A stretch of 64,000 bases of DNA from Geosiphon pyriformis uo1 (Eukaryota; Fungi; Glomeromycota): positions 134,608 through 198,607 of the forward strand of contig JAAOMT010000602.1 in NCBI GenBank assembly GCA_016748015.1, written 5' to 3'. Made by a program: the position numbers and the translations under genes. How positions within the stretch are numbered: position 1 is the stretch's first letter; every line of letters begins with the position of its first letter. This document shows, in pieces, positions 1-12,868 of this stretch. Below the pieces are notes generated by a model that saw only the letters and a list, made by a program, of their open reading frames with translations, did no database searches and had not been told where the DNA came from.

Positions 1-566
1 ATATAAAGCTTTATTTTCAAAATTGCTCATTGCGACAAATATGGCAATTACCAAAAAAATAGCTCTTAAAACTGCAACTACTAAAAAAATCAAAAAGTTC
101 CAACATGAGTACAAAAATGAAAATTAAATAGAACGTTGCAGACAAGAAATTCAGTTTTTAATTGGAAAAAAGCTTTAAAATATTACCAATACACCAAAAA
201 TATTAAAATAACAGTAGTAAAACAACACGTGGAAATTTTGAATGAAATTATCCAAAATAGATAAAGCTATCAATAAAAAATCATAGGAAGTAATTATTGA
301 TGATGTATTATTCTAAAAAATATAAATTTTATAATTATTTCGAATAAATTTTGGTAATTAGATATTCATGATAGTTGGAATCAATTTTTTTAGAATAAGA
401 TGATTTTAAAGAATGAATCGAACGAAAATAAATTTACATAATTAATCGTCATCTAAGCTTGTTTCACTATCGTTATTACAATTTTCTTCCCTATCACTAT
501 CATCTACATATGGGGCAACAGGGACTGCAAAAATTTTATAGTATTAGTTAAATTTAAATCCATAAG

Positions 567-2700
567 TTAAGATAAAACCATATTTGTTAATGTGTTACCA
601 TATTGACGTTTATCTAGGGGCACATAATTTTCCGGGTAAGTTGATTCATCGGAGTATGCCACAATAGAGTTTCTATCAGCTGGTACACCAGAAATTTCAT
701 CACGAAGTTGCAAAGTTTCATGAAATAGCTGATACGCATTAAAAAGTACAAAATCACTCGGTTCTGCCCTCAATACAAGTCCAAGGTCCGGAAATTGGAT
801 TTCACCACCTTTGAAGCGACCCAGCACCCAACAACCACACATTCCAAACTTAACATCATTGATATCCCGGTGAACATTGACACTACCAGAACGCTCTTTA
901 GATTCTTGATTATCCTGAGCCGCCTGCTTAGAATTTGGATCACGTTTTTTCAAATTAAAATGAAAAACTTTCCATGGTGATGAGTGCCATTGGATTTCAG
1001 GCGGAACTTGTAACATGGCGTATTTTTCATAAACATTCGGATACCAATGGTTGAAGAGGGCACCACCAATCGTATTCAACGCTTGTACTAAAGAATATAT
1101 TGGGTTCGCGAGAAACTCGAGGTAACTTTTTGTCACTTTTGACCGGGTCAAACCAATGGAGAGAAACGGTAGGCGAGAAGATTTGGGCCAAATTCCTACT
1201 GATGCTATTAATGTTCCTTTCACTCTTTTTGGCTTAAGGTGATGCATTTCAAAAGCTCTGCAAGTTATTTCAGCAGCTTGGTACGCATCAAGATTCATAG
1301 CCTTCGTCATGTACCGTTTGAATAAGTGACCTAAAGTTACGAATTTATTATTAACAAAATGACCAAAGATGACATCTCGCTCCTGATCATCACCAATAAC
1401 ACGAAATTTCTCCCTGGAGAAAGTTGGATGTGGATGACGGGAATGTTTTTCAATCTCCTCAATCAAGTTGCAAGGTGCTGCAAGTACAACTAATTTACAA
1501 AAAAAAGGCATTAATTCACACGTGAAATCAAAAATATTTTTAAATACATAAATTCGTTTTTAAAAACTCGCTTGGTGGTTTGATCCATTCATCTTTTGCT
1601 TCATCCCCTATTTTATAATTAATAATTTCTGAAACACCCACATGTCCACTTTCAATTGTTGGCCATATCTCTTCGGGAACTTCGGATATGTGAATTGCTC
1701 TTTCAAACTGACCCATTGCTAGTATTTCTCCTTTTGATAAATAGCGACAATTTTCACCGATAGGATGGGGTGGATCATAAATGTACACTGTTTTGCCGAT
1801 ATTTATTGCAGGGGCAGAGTCATCAATACTAAATCAGTAGAAAATCTTTAGCCATATTCTAATAGCGGTTGAAAGATACAAGTCTTTCAAAAATATTTAC
1901 GTAGGTAAATCACCGAACCAATCCATCCGATCTTCCTCTTTTAATATATTTACAAAGTCACGAGTGTTGGTTTTGACATTGGATTTTTTATTTGCATTGG
2001 TAGAACGTTTGGTATTTATGGCTGTAAGTTTGAGTCGTTTTGTGGGAGCTTCGGTGAGGCTACTTTCAACGGTGATTTCCTTGTTATTCATTGTAGGCTT
2101 GGAGCTTTCGTTGATAGCTATACTTTGAGTAACTTTTGGGGCAAATTCATCATTGCCTTTTATTGTCCTCTTGATGGCAGGTCTGCCTCTCTTCCCTTTA
2201 TTAGACTGGAGGACAGGTTCATCATTGACCTTTGCCTTTCTATCGATGGGAGGTCTGCCTCTCTTCACTCTAGTAGACTGGAGGACAGGTTCATCATTGC
2301 CCTTTGCCTTTCTATTGATAGGAGGTCTGCCTCTCTTCCCAGACTTATTTTTGATAGCCAGGAGGACAGATTCATGATAGTCTTTTGCCATACTATTGGT
2401 GGGAGGTCTACTTCTCTTCGCAGGTTTACCTTCAGTAACCTGGAGGACAAATTTATCATCGCCCTTTGCCGTGCTATTGGTGGAACTCTTCGTAGTTTTA
2501 CTTTTAGTAGCTTGTAGATCAAGTTCATTATTTATTTTTGTTACGTTCCTGGTGATATGTCTGTCTCTGTTGGCAGTTTCTCTTTTACTAGCTTCGGCAA
2601 TAGGTTCAAGGTTGACTGTTGACAGGTTCTTTTTTGGAGGTCTGCCTCTTTTTTTTTTAACTTGAACTGTGGGCTCAGTATTAACATTTGGGATTTTCAT
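567..2700 (-). CDS. AT-hook-repeat + TET/JBP-family 2OG-Fe(II) dioxygenase, ~667 aa, 3 exons (2700-1901, 1828-1548, 1489-567)
   Basis: GT..AG introns at 1900-1829 and 1547-1490 join three ORFs in frame (2004 nt). The N-terminus has KKRGRPPK, KRGRPPI x2 and KRGRPAIK. The C-terminus has VHRDIND (HxD), GGEIQFP, PSDFVLFN, distal His in LFHET, and RNSIVAY (RxSxVxY), the TET/JBP motif order. Confidence 0.8.
2140..2470 (-). repeat. 72-bp (24-aa) coding tandem repeat carrying the AT-hooks
   Basis: ggaggacaggttcatcattg recurs at ~2209 and ~2281 (72-bp spacing), with more diverged units on both sides. The unit reads KRGRPPIxRKAKxNDEPVLQS. Confidence 0.85.
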
Positions 2701-2719
2701 TATTATGGATAGATCCCGT

Positions 2720-3519
2720 CATGTAGCTGTCAATCGGCGATGGTGCAGAGCATTAATACCCCATTTTGTGGGAAAATCCATTCACCAATGAAAATAATTG
2801 TTTATTTTTGCCCTCGAAAAAAAACGCCAAGTCTCAAGTTTTATTTCATTAATTTTTCCCTATCCAGCTTTTATTCGATCCCTTGATGTGGCATATTTGA
2901 AAGAAATTCTAAATTTCTGGTGCTGGGTGAGGAAGCCATTGCAACAGGTTGACATCGAAAAATTTCATGAAAAAGCCAGAATTACTCACTTCGAAATCCA
3001 GTTTCTTTCAGAAGTTTATAATTGGAAAATCTTGGTTCGAATTTAAGGAGGATATTCTTGACTGGCTACGTACTGATGTGAAAACATGTTGCTTAAATTA
3101 TAGCATGTGGTATTGAGAGGAATTGGATGTTGATAAATTTGGTAGTTTTTTTTAAAAAAAGATTATCTAAAAAAATTTTTATTTTCTTTTACGTTAGGTG
3201 AGCCTGGAAATTGACTTTGGTCCCTGGAATCCTCGAAATTTGTCAATTGAGAAGGTTTAAACTAAGTTGGGTCAGACTTTACGAAAGTGAACTTCTTGAA
3301 GGATTATCATTTAGTGCTGCCACCCTATCGACTTTTGAATTTTACCAAATCGATTTCTCTCATGCCAAGCCTTTACGTCTTTTACCAAGATTGAAAAGCA
3401 TAAGATTTCTAAGCTGTATCAATTTGGAAGTAAAACATTTAAATCCAATTCCTCACGATCTTACCAAAATTTCACCTGAGTGGATATTTGCGGAATGTGA
3501 TAGAGCTTTTGATTTTTAA
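2720..3519 (+). pseudogene. Frameshifted F-box/LRR-like pseudogene, paralogue of 6544-7752
   Basis: AVNRRWCRALIP/(fs)ILWENPF, FPYPAFIRSLD and LLEGLSFSAATLSTFEF...LPRLKSIRFLSCINL match the intact neighbour. It has an intron at the equivalent NL|GT position (~3142-3197), stops and frameshifts, and no F-box start. Confidence 0.75.
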
Positions 3520-4203
3520 AGATTAGTACTTCGGAACATCTTGAGTTTTCAAGGATCTTCTTGCTTATCGATACACTATGCGAACAAATATACTCTGGCT
3601 TTTCAATATATGTTAAAATTCTTCACTACTGCCATTCATTCAAAATCCAAAACTTTCATTTCAACAAATTTTGTAAATATAAAATTGACGTCTAATGTGC
3701 CACGATATGTCTTTTCAACTGTTAATTTCAAATCCAAGTCTTTCATTTTCTATTAACTTCAAGATTTGTTTCAAGATATGTAATCAGAGGCGTTATGTGG
3801 AATTTTTTAATCGATATGGCATAATCAATGGTATCCAAGGGTGGTGGGAGAGTAAAAGGATATATTTATCGGGGTTTCAGCAAAAAAAGTCTCATTCTAT
3901 TTCAATAATCCTTTCCGTTTATAATTTGAGCGCAAACTTTTTTCACCATTTTACACTATGGTGAACTTGTAAAATCTTACTTTCCAAGGACATGTTGAAA
4001 ATTGAAGCTTCTACTTAAAAGTATCCTTTCAACCTAGCAATTGTTCTTTTCCAATTTTTTAATCTTTCTGGAAGGAAAATTTGGACAGCAATTAATTACC
4101 TTATGGAGACATATAAGCCGAATATATCAACAAGTAAAATGGTTCGATCGCATTTTCATAACTATTTTAATGATAATCAGACTGGTTTTTTTCGTGAGTA
4201 ATA

Positions 4204-5268
4204 CAGTCAGTAGACAAAAAGATGGGGCATGCATGATTCTATTCGGTGTAGCACAATTCCAATTAAAGTTTTAGAAGAAATTTTATCATATTCTTCTTGT
4301 AATAAAATAATTAAAGTTTTATGTTGTTTTGTAATGGTTCCGTTTAAAAATGAGTCTTTCAAGTTTATTCTATAAGTGCTCGGTAGTATTAAGATCGGGA
4401 GATTGGGATTGCCAGTTGGAAAGGATTTTGATTTTCTTTTCATTAATTCGATTTTTGGAGCATTATCATTCTGAAATAAATAAACTTTGCCAAAAAAATT
4501 TTGCAATAGGCTTTCTTCAAGAATTTTAATATTAACACCTATTCATTTTACCCTCAATTATAACTAATAGAAATATTTTTTTTCCTGAAAGTAATTCCAT
4601 ACCATTACTCCATTACCACCATATTTCTCTTTGGTAAGAAATTTGTAATATTATAACGTTCACCAGAAATCGCTAAATACACTGAGAATCATCAGGACGA
4701 AGAATAGTAAATCGAGATTCATCGCTCCACGTAACAGTTGCCATTTTTTATAAACCAATTACCCAGTTTTATGCACCATTCCAATCGTTTTGACGTTGAG
4801 TTTCATTTAAAGAGGTTTATTTGCACCAATTCGTGAATTCAGGCCGATTTCGTGTAAATTGCTTCGAATAGTTTTTGTTGATACATAAATGACTTTCATT
4901 TCTTCAAAATGTTGTTGAATTTCGAAAGCAGTATTACGTGGATTACATCATAAGATTTCTTCAAGTATTATGGGTCAATATAGAAGGACGTCCACTTTGT
5001 AAAAAATTTATTGTATTGTCATTTTTAAATATCGCTGAATTGTGTCATTAACAGTAGATTGAGAATTTGACTAGTTTTTCGCAGTCAGTAAGTTCATTTT
5101 ACTAATTTATGTTTAATTATATAGCATACATTCTAGCAAAAACTTTTTACACCATGAATTTTAAAAATCATTAAAAATATAAATAAAACAAATTTTTTTT
5201 AAATTTTATTTATTTATTTTAAATAATACCATTAAAATTTTTACCCAGTCATTTTTTTCTACCGACTG
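4204..5268 (-). mobile_element. Decayed Tc1/mariner DNA transposon
   Basis: TIRs CAGTCAGTAGACAAAAA / CAGTCGGTAGAAAAAAA are each flanked by TA. Minus-strand transposase remnants WSDESRF, GGNGVMVW, FQNDNAP and WQSQSPDLN carry stops and frameshifts. Confidence 0.9.
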
Positions 5269-6543
5269 TATGGTCACAAAACAATAATCTTGAGAAATGG
5301 GGGGGAGGGATCATGCTTTTAACACCATCCTTTATTTTTATACTATTCGAATAAGCATGTTTTGATTTCACCTAAATAGAGATGCTTTTGTTTTTATTGA
5401 GAAATCACATTTTCCGGGAATTAACTCTAATTAGAAACGTGACATACATTATTTTTAATATGATAAAATCCATTTTCTAAATCAATTATATGTATACTTG
5501 ATGATATTTTACTTCTTTTTGAAAATTTTCAAATTGCTTCAAAAATATCGATAAAATTTTTGACATTTATAGGATATCAATTTCAAAAAAAAATGCTGCC
5601 GAGTTCATCCAATTTATGTGGTTACCACCAATTTGAATCTGTTAAAAGTACTCCACTGAATCATATTCTAGCTTTTCAAGCTTTAGATCACAGGTTTGAT
5701 TAGGAATTCTTTCATCAGGCAATTTTGTGTTACTATAGCTTTAAAGTCAACAAAAATTTTTCTTTCCAAAATCTTCGTTTGAAGTTTTTACTTACCCTCC
5801 ACTATTTATAAATCTGGCTAAAATTCTAGGGGACAGTCATTCAGCTGAAAAACGATCTTTTGCTGAAATTTTCACGCCAAACAATGATTTTTGCCTTTTT
5901 ACGCCCCGAGAAAACTCAATCTCATTCAACCACCTCGTGAGGAAAAAACAGAAAATATTGCAACTCTATCATTATATCGCGTAAAAGGACACTATCCTCG
6001 TCGATCTCTAGGATGTTGATCAAGAACATCCTTTAGGACAGGATTTAAGAAGTTATAAATAGTTGTTGAATTCTGTTAACCAATTGATTAGTCACGAAGC
6101 CCGAATTATTATTCCTTTTTATACATCCGGTATCATTCAGGATGAAGGGAACAATATTTCGTCGCCGAGGTGGGGTTTTTGGTTTCAGTATCATTTCTAT
6201 TATCCTCACTAAATTTTTTAGCATTGTCCTACAGATCTTCTCATTACATGAATGTTTTGTTTAATAAAAGACCCTTGTTAAAAACCAATCGGGGTACAAA
6301 TGGCTGTCGTCCGACTTTTTACTGTTACTTTCGTTGTTGACGACTGGGTACACAGCAGATGGCATCTGAACAGAGTTACAATATAATCGATAATTACCTT
6401 TTCTGTTATTTGCTGATCTCCTTTCCAGTTAGACCAGCATACGGCGGCAATTTATAATTGGTATCGGGACTCTTTAACTTTCATTTCACTTTGTAAATTT
6501 CTTTCTCATTATTTCAAATTTTAAACTTCTAACTTTAACTTCC

Positions 6544-7752
6544 ATGGCAGCAGCAGCATCATTACCAGCTGAAATTTACGACCAAATCTTCCAAAACTTT
6601 CTTCCAACTCACACTCATGGTCCATTCTCAACACAAAACCTCTACTCTAGCGTACTGGTAAATAGTCGCTGGTGTGCGGCAGCGATTCCACACCTATGGA
6701 GCCACCCGTTTAGCGCTCGTCATTCCATAAAACAACGAAGCAAAATTATCGATGTATACGTTTCTTTTCTTTCCAGGTCTGAAGGTCGTGATATTTTTTC
6801 GTTTCCTAAAAAACTTACCTTGATGGTTCGCCAAATTTGTTCGACGAAAACCAAACCACCACTTTTCGATTATCCTCATTTCGCCCAAGATTTGGATTTG
6901 GACGGGTTTTTTGAAATTATATTATGCTGGTGTTATTTGAAATGTCGTCCTGATCGTGCTTGGAAGTTGGTTATTGCAATGATGAAGTTGTTCTATACCC
7001 ATAAAGCGACGTTTGAGAGGGTGACCGGGTCCTTACATTTAGATAATTCCAGAGAATTTTTAAAGATTTTTATTGATACACCTGGGCTCTCAGAATGGAT
7101 TTCATCGGTTCGAGAGTGTCGATTGGTATGCGAGGAAAGGATGAACGGAGTGGAAAATCAACCATCCCTTGCTGATTTATCTTGTAATTTGGTAAGCCAT
7201 TTTTCGAGAGAGAGTCGAATATTGGAACTGATTTATTTTCAATATTGCATAAAGTTTTAAAAATATTATTATTTTGCCTTATTTTAGACCTGCCTAGAAA
7301 TAGACATGTCAATCACAAACACGCAAGATCCATCTGCGAATGCCGAAATCATAACACGAACTTTGAAATACACCAAAGGACTTAAAACAATCAAGATAAA
7401 AGGCCAACCAGGCAACATAAATTCTATTTTACACGGTCTTTACACAAATGCTTCAACATTGACCGAGATCCAATTTATTAAGACAAACTTTGATTTTGAT
7501 GGTCCTTTACCTCATCTCAAAGAATTACCCAATTTGAAGCGATTGACGTTTATTGAGTGTCAGAATTTGACTGTTCAGCTTGTGGAACCTTTGTTTCTGG
7601 TAAATGAGCAGGATGAAGTGGATCATGAGGCACCTCGTGTTATGTTAGTTGGGTGTCATTTCGATGGAGAAAGGGGGAAAAGTGATTCCGGTTTCGTTTC
7701 TTGGCATGACAGTCTTACCAATAGTTGGAGTGTGGAAAAGGAACAAATTTAG
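6544..7752 (+). CDS. F-box domain protein with LRR-like C-terminus, ~370 aa, 2 exons (6544-7191, 7288-7752)
   Basis: LPAEIYDQIF...LYSSVLVNSRWCAAAIPHLWSHPF and FDYPHF motifs are typical of Glomeromycotina F-box proteins. A phase-0 GTAAG..TTTAG intron joins the two ORFs. Confidence 0.85.
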
Positions 7753-7808
7753 TGAATCCTGTTTCGTTTCTTGGCATAAAGTCTTGCCAATAGTTGGATG
7801 TGGAAAAG
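7681..7808. repeat. ~70-bp imperfect tandem duplication spanning the F-box stop codon
   Basis: agtgattccggtttcgtttcttggcatgacagtcttaccaatagttggagtgtggaaaag is repeated as agtgaatcctgtttcgtttcttggcataaagtcttgccaatagttggatgtggaaaag. Confidence 0.9.
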
Positions 7809-9841
7809 TTGTAAATTTTTTTAATCAAAGGAAATAAGTTTTATAGTAAGCTTTTAGATCTTTCAAAAGAAAAATTGGTTCTTGTATTATATTTGCTTAG
7901 GATGTTTTAGTAATTTCTGAACAAAAAATTATATATTAATATTTTATTTCGAATTTTCCCAGATTCAAAGCGGATAGGTTATTTGGAAAATTTAATTTGT
8001 TGCCTATTAAATTAATTACATATCTTAAAGGCTAATATATATGGTTGCGATAATAATATGTAAATGTATTTGTAAAAATGACATTTTTTTTCGAAAATTT
8101 TTTTATTTCCTTGAATTAAGATAAATGAAAATTTCAATGCAAAATAATAATTCCTCAAAATTCAAACTTTTTACCCAAATTGTTTTAATAAAGAAACATT
8201 GCTTATTTGTTAAAGACTTGATTACAATCGAATCTAATGATATTGAAAACAATCAGAAAATTATTTCATGATTTATATGTCTGAGAAGTAATTATTTCTT
8301 AAAATTCTTTCGAATAAACTTTGCACCCGATACTTGTGATAAAATTTTAAAGGCTACTGTTCATTCATCTGCCTTGTAAAGAAATTTCAGATGTACGATT
8401 AAAACGCAAAGAATCTCATATGGTAAGAAAAAAAATTCATTCTAACCTTTGTTAATATTAAAAGTTCAAGATTTTTCTAATAATCGTTTTTGGGATCTCA
8501 TTAGCCCATGAAGTTAGTTAAAATTTCTATTAAAAACTCATTTTTTGACTGAATGAAGAAAATCTTTCTCAAAAATTAGTACATGCTTACATGAATTATT
8601 ATTTATTGAATTGACTCGTTATTTTGAGTTTCAAGAATACAAAATGTATGAAAAACTTATTATGCAATACTCTGAAAGTTATACAACAGTTGCTAAAGGC
8701 AAAACGATTGGCATAAAAAGTAATTCAAGTCAATTCACAATTTGAAGTAACCTTGTTTTGGAATAGTTCTTTGCAAAATAGACTGAAACCTGATGCTGAA
8801 ACCATTTATGCAATTAATGACTAGTTACATGGTTTGGATCGTTACTAATAGTTATCATGTCTCATTTTGCTAAATAAGTTGCTGATAAATTATTCAACCA
8901 CTAAAGGGCAAGGAGAATGTTAAGACTATTCGAGAGTTACAATGGTTCACCAAACTGGGAAAATCAGATACCGCATGACCGAGTAATAATATTTCTATAC
9001 TTTATCTTTCACACTTAAAACTATTGGTTCTATAAATTTTAGGCTATGACTAAGTAGATGATCGTTTTAATTTTTTCAGAATTGTAAATTTCCGAAAAAA
9101 TATATATGTTATTCATTCATTAATAAGCACAAAATGGGTAAAATTATGAAGTTTATAAAGAGTATTGAGTCTTGGACTGAAATACTGATTGATTTCGTCA
9201 AATTTATTGAATTAATAGAACAATTATATATATTATAATTTTGATTTTGTAAAGCATACAAGAAAAAATTCGACAACAGAGAATTGAGGAAAATTGTTTA
9301 AAAATAATATTTTTAGGCAAAAGCATTAAATAACCAGTAATTTAACATATGAACTAAATAAGAAATTAACAATATTTATAATTTGGAAAACAGCTATTGA
9401 ATTAAAAAGGTGTTTTTTTGTGTAATAATAATGCAAGGTGATGATTATTATTCGAGAATTTTTTATTGTGTGACATGCAATAAAAATTGACAATCTAAAA
9501 AAGTTCTTTCAAGCCTAGAATTTCAATGGCAAAGTTAATTCAAAAAAATTAAAGCATCCAATTAAATCGTAAAATTTAATCATTTAATATCTTTAAAGAT
9601 ATAATTCTTTCATTCATTGCTTTACCAATCTCTCAAGAAAAAATGTTGTGAAAAATGGACTATTTATGATGTACTTGTAAATTAGGGTTTGCCCTTACTA
9701 TAGATGGATAAATTAAATTGGATTTTGAATGAACTTTAAAGTTGGTAATATTCATTTATGGCACAAGGATGCACAGTATGGTAATAATAGGACTCTAAAT
9801 TCTGATGTGATCCATAGTTTCAGCTTAAACTTGTATAGAAA

Positions 9842-9876
9842 GGGAGGGGGAGGGGGAGGGGAAGGGGGAGGGGGGG
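9842..9876 (+). repeat. Purine-only G-run tract (potential G-quadruplex)
   Basis: Six runs of 3 or more G separated by 1-2 A. Confidence 0.6.
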
Positions 9877-11637
9877 TTTGAAGATAAACGAAATTTCTTT
9901 CAGTGCTTTTATTTAAGGGGTGCGAATAATATCACACCCACGGTATTATTGAAATGAGCCGCTAATATGATTCCTTGTCAACGCTTTCAATAAAAGTATT
10001 AATCAGATAAAGTTTTCGCAACTATATGAACCCAATCTTTAGGTTTTCATCTATTTGGTCAAATCAAAGTTTTTTAAGATAATCTTATTAAGTAAAAAGG
10101 GTAGTTTAATTTGATTTTCGATAAAATATGAAAATAGTTGCCTGAACAAGAGAAACTTTCTAAGATAGTTTTATTCGGATATTCTTACCAGGGAAACTTA
10201 TTTCAAGGTTTTTGGTTTGGTTATTGAATTCTTTAGGCAAAAATTAATTTTGATCGATCTTTTAAAATGGAAAACCTTTTTTTTTTTAAATTTTAAATGA
10301 ATAACTTTTTTCTATATTCTTATTCTCAATATCAACAAATTCTTAACTTTTAAGCTTGATTCATTTTATTTAAAGAAATTTTTTATGTATGAAATCCAAA
10401 GAAAATAATGGATTTTCTTCTGTAATTTTTCTTATTTTATCGATCAAAAAATTTTTCTAACAAGGGACAATGAATATTTATATAAACACCATTAAAAAAC
10501 GAGATAAATATTTCAAGAATTGCTGCTTAAAAAACTTTATCTTATTATTACAATTTCGAGCAAACTGAAACTTTTTTGACTGATTTAAACTACTCTTTTT
10601 TGACATTAGATTCCTAAACAGGAAGAGAATCGATGGTCACGAGATTTTCTCTGGTATATCAGCCTCATGCCTTGATGCCTTGATGCCATGAATTTCAATA
10701 TATTTTGCAAATTTCTCCAAGATATTTTTATTCGAAAATTGTTATTGAAGTTTCCCAGACGTCTGTAGGCTAGTTTTATATCGGATTCAATGGTAGTCTG
10801 CTTTTCGAAGAAAAGACTTTTTCACTTGGTTTATGAGGCTAAACCGTTTTTTCTTAATATGCGGCGTGATTTTTCTATTGCAAAATTAATTCCCTCGTCG
10901 ATTCAAAGACTTGAGTGGCAGTTGAAGATTCATATCAACCTAAAAATGATTCTGGTTTATGCTCAAAGCTTCCCATCTCTTTTTTGATTTGCGTATTTGT
11001 ACCATCAAAAATTGACCAAAATTTTTTAGGGAAAACTTTCCGAATTTTATAATTTACTTTGATATGATTATGTATACGGGATCTTGGATTTGCAAATTTT
11101 TCACTATTTTGTGTTGTGCCATGATGATAGCTTCTAATATATATTATAATTGACAACATACCTTCATTAGTTCTGAAGTCTTTTTTTGAATAAATCTATC
11201 TTTGCCCTTGCAAGATGTCAAAGTAAAAAAAAAACGAATTTAACCAAGTAATCCTTTTCTTTCATGAGTTAATATAACTCTAAATTGCAAAATGATTCAT
11301 CTTTATAGGAGATACGCGTCTTTTGCTGTAATTAAATCCCGATATTTGATCTTATGTCAACAAATGATCCTCTGAGGAGTGTATTTTTTATTATGATGTT
11401 TTGGGAGATTTTATCATCAGAAGTTATGCTTTTGGAAAATAAAAACCTCTTAAATAGTTAAGGTACCATTCTTGCATGCAGATAATTAAATAGATTGAAT
11501 TTTTTATAAATCAGTTTTCTCTTAAAATTTTTCAAAGACAATGGTTAAAAATGGCTAGTAGATTTTAAAACCTTTGATCAAATTGTCAATATTACCCCTT
11601 TGGATTAATTCGCTATTTTCTTGAAACTCTCTTTTCA

Positions 11638-12495
11638 ATGTTTCAAAAAGTTTTATTTTGCTTGATTTCTCTTTGCGTCTATCTTATATGTGTGGCCGTC
11701 ATTTCAGGGGATCAAAACCTTCCACCAATTAGTTTCAAATTAATTCCGGTTGAAGACCAAGATCCCTTACTAACAGATAAGGATGTGGTTAAGGTCAGCC
11801 TTGAAGATTTTCTCGAAAATTCTTCCAACATCCTTGGTCTTTCAAAAGGTCAAGTATCACAAGAATATATTCGAGAGGAGGTTGAGAAGTTATTCAAAAG
11901 TATTAAAGGTCAGGAAAAAACGCAACAAACAATTCAAACAAAACCTCAAATTCTCCTTCCACAACAATGGCATCATAAAATTGCACATTTTCCATCTCGC
12001 AAGAAATTTAATATGACGATTGCTCGTAAGGAACCTTGCTCTCATGGAAGGGTTTATCGATTCGGTTTAACTCATTTGGATGGAGAAAATGACCCTTTAG
12101 ATGTCGACTTTATTGTTCCTTTTAGTCAATATAAAAAGTATGGAAAAGATAAGGGAGTTCTCAAAAATGAAACTCAATACGAGCTGTTGAATTTTTTATT
12201 TGATCAATTGGGAGCGAGAAGATTTGTCAGTAATGATCAATTAGGTCATAAACTATTTAACCTTTTGTACAAAGCTTCAGAGGAAATCAAATCCCTTCTT
12301 TCAAGTAAGCAATCTAGCTTAATTTACGAATTCGCCCTCTTACCTTCAAAAGATCGATATACTATCAAGATCAACCATAGAAGTGATTCGTATAAACATT
12401 GGGGCAATGTCTATGACATTTTTTTGAAAAGAAAAACCCAAGCACAGGGATACGAATTAGAATTTATGATTGTTAACCCTTTTCCTCATGTATAA
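11638..12495 (+). CDS. Predicted secreted protein (285 aa) with two copies of an unrecognised module; paralogue of 21256-22080
   Basis: Intronless ORF with a hydrophobic N-terminal signal peptide. Internal repeat: FPSRKKFNMTIAR..HGRVY..FIVPF / LPSKDRYTIKIN..WGNVY..IVNPF. Confidence 0.8.
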   Translation: MFQKVLFCLISLCVYLICVAVISGDQNLPPISFKLIPVEDQDPLLTDKDVVKVSLEDFLENSSNILGLSKGQVSQEYIREEVEKLFKSIKGQEKTQQTIQTKPQILLPQQWHHKIAHFPSRKKFNMTIARKEPCSHGRVYRFGLTHLDGENDPLDVDFIVPFSQYKKYGKDKGVLKNETQYELLNFLFDQLGARRFVSNDQLGHKLFNLLYKASEEIKSLLSSKQSSLIYEFALLPSKDRYTIKINHRSDSYKHWGNVYDIFLKRKTQAQGYELEFMIVNPFPHV

Positions 12496-12820
12496 GAAAT
12501 TATGATCCTGAACTAGATTAAAAAAAAGGAAAGCATATGATGAGATGAAAAATCTTATTTTTTACATTATTTTTGTTTTCCAAAAGAAACAACCTTATTT
12601 TTTGATTACGTTGACATGGTTGAAAATTATTATTTTACAAATGATTAAATACCTAACTCAAAATATGGTTTTCATTAAACGAAAAAATGAGAAAGAAAGT
12701 AAAAATTTGTTTTATCAGTCATATAAGACGGGAGTGTAATTTCCGATATCAAGCACTGAATCATCTTTTAGAAAATCAATTTCTAAAACCGTATAACAAA
12801 ATGTCACGATATAATAAGCG

Positions 12821-12868
12821 ATAATAATAATGATGATGATGATGATAATGATGATGATAATAATAATG
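12821..12868. repeat. (AAT/GAT)n microsatellite
   Basis: Direct reading. Confidence 0.85.

Noticed and set aside
1-420. Possible KDZ or other transposase next to the TET-like gene
   Set aside because: AT-rich sequence without recognisable transposase motifs; sequence beyond the window is needed.
2125-2665. Repetitive plus-strand and alternate-frame ORFs
   Set aside because: Shadows of the 72-bp AT-hook coding repeat. Not a CRISPR array: there are no unique spacers and the DNA is eukaryotic.
5590-5850. Possible minus-strand exon/intron remnant (GTAAGT..TAG, NTKLPDERIPNQTC)
   Set aside because: In-frame stop and no recognisable family.
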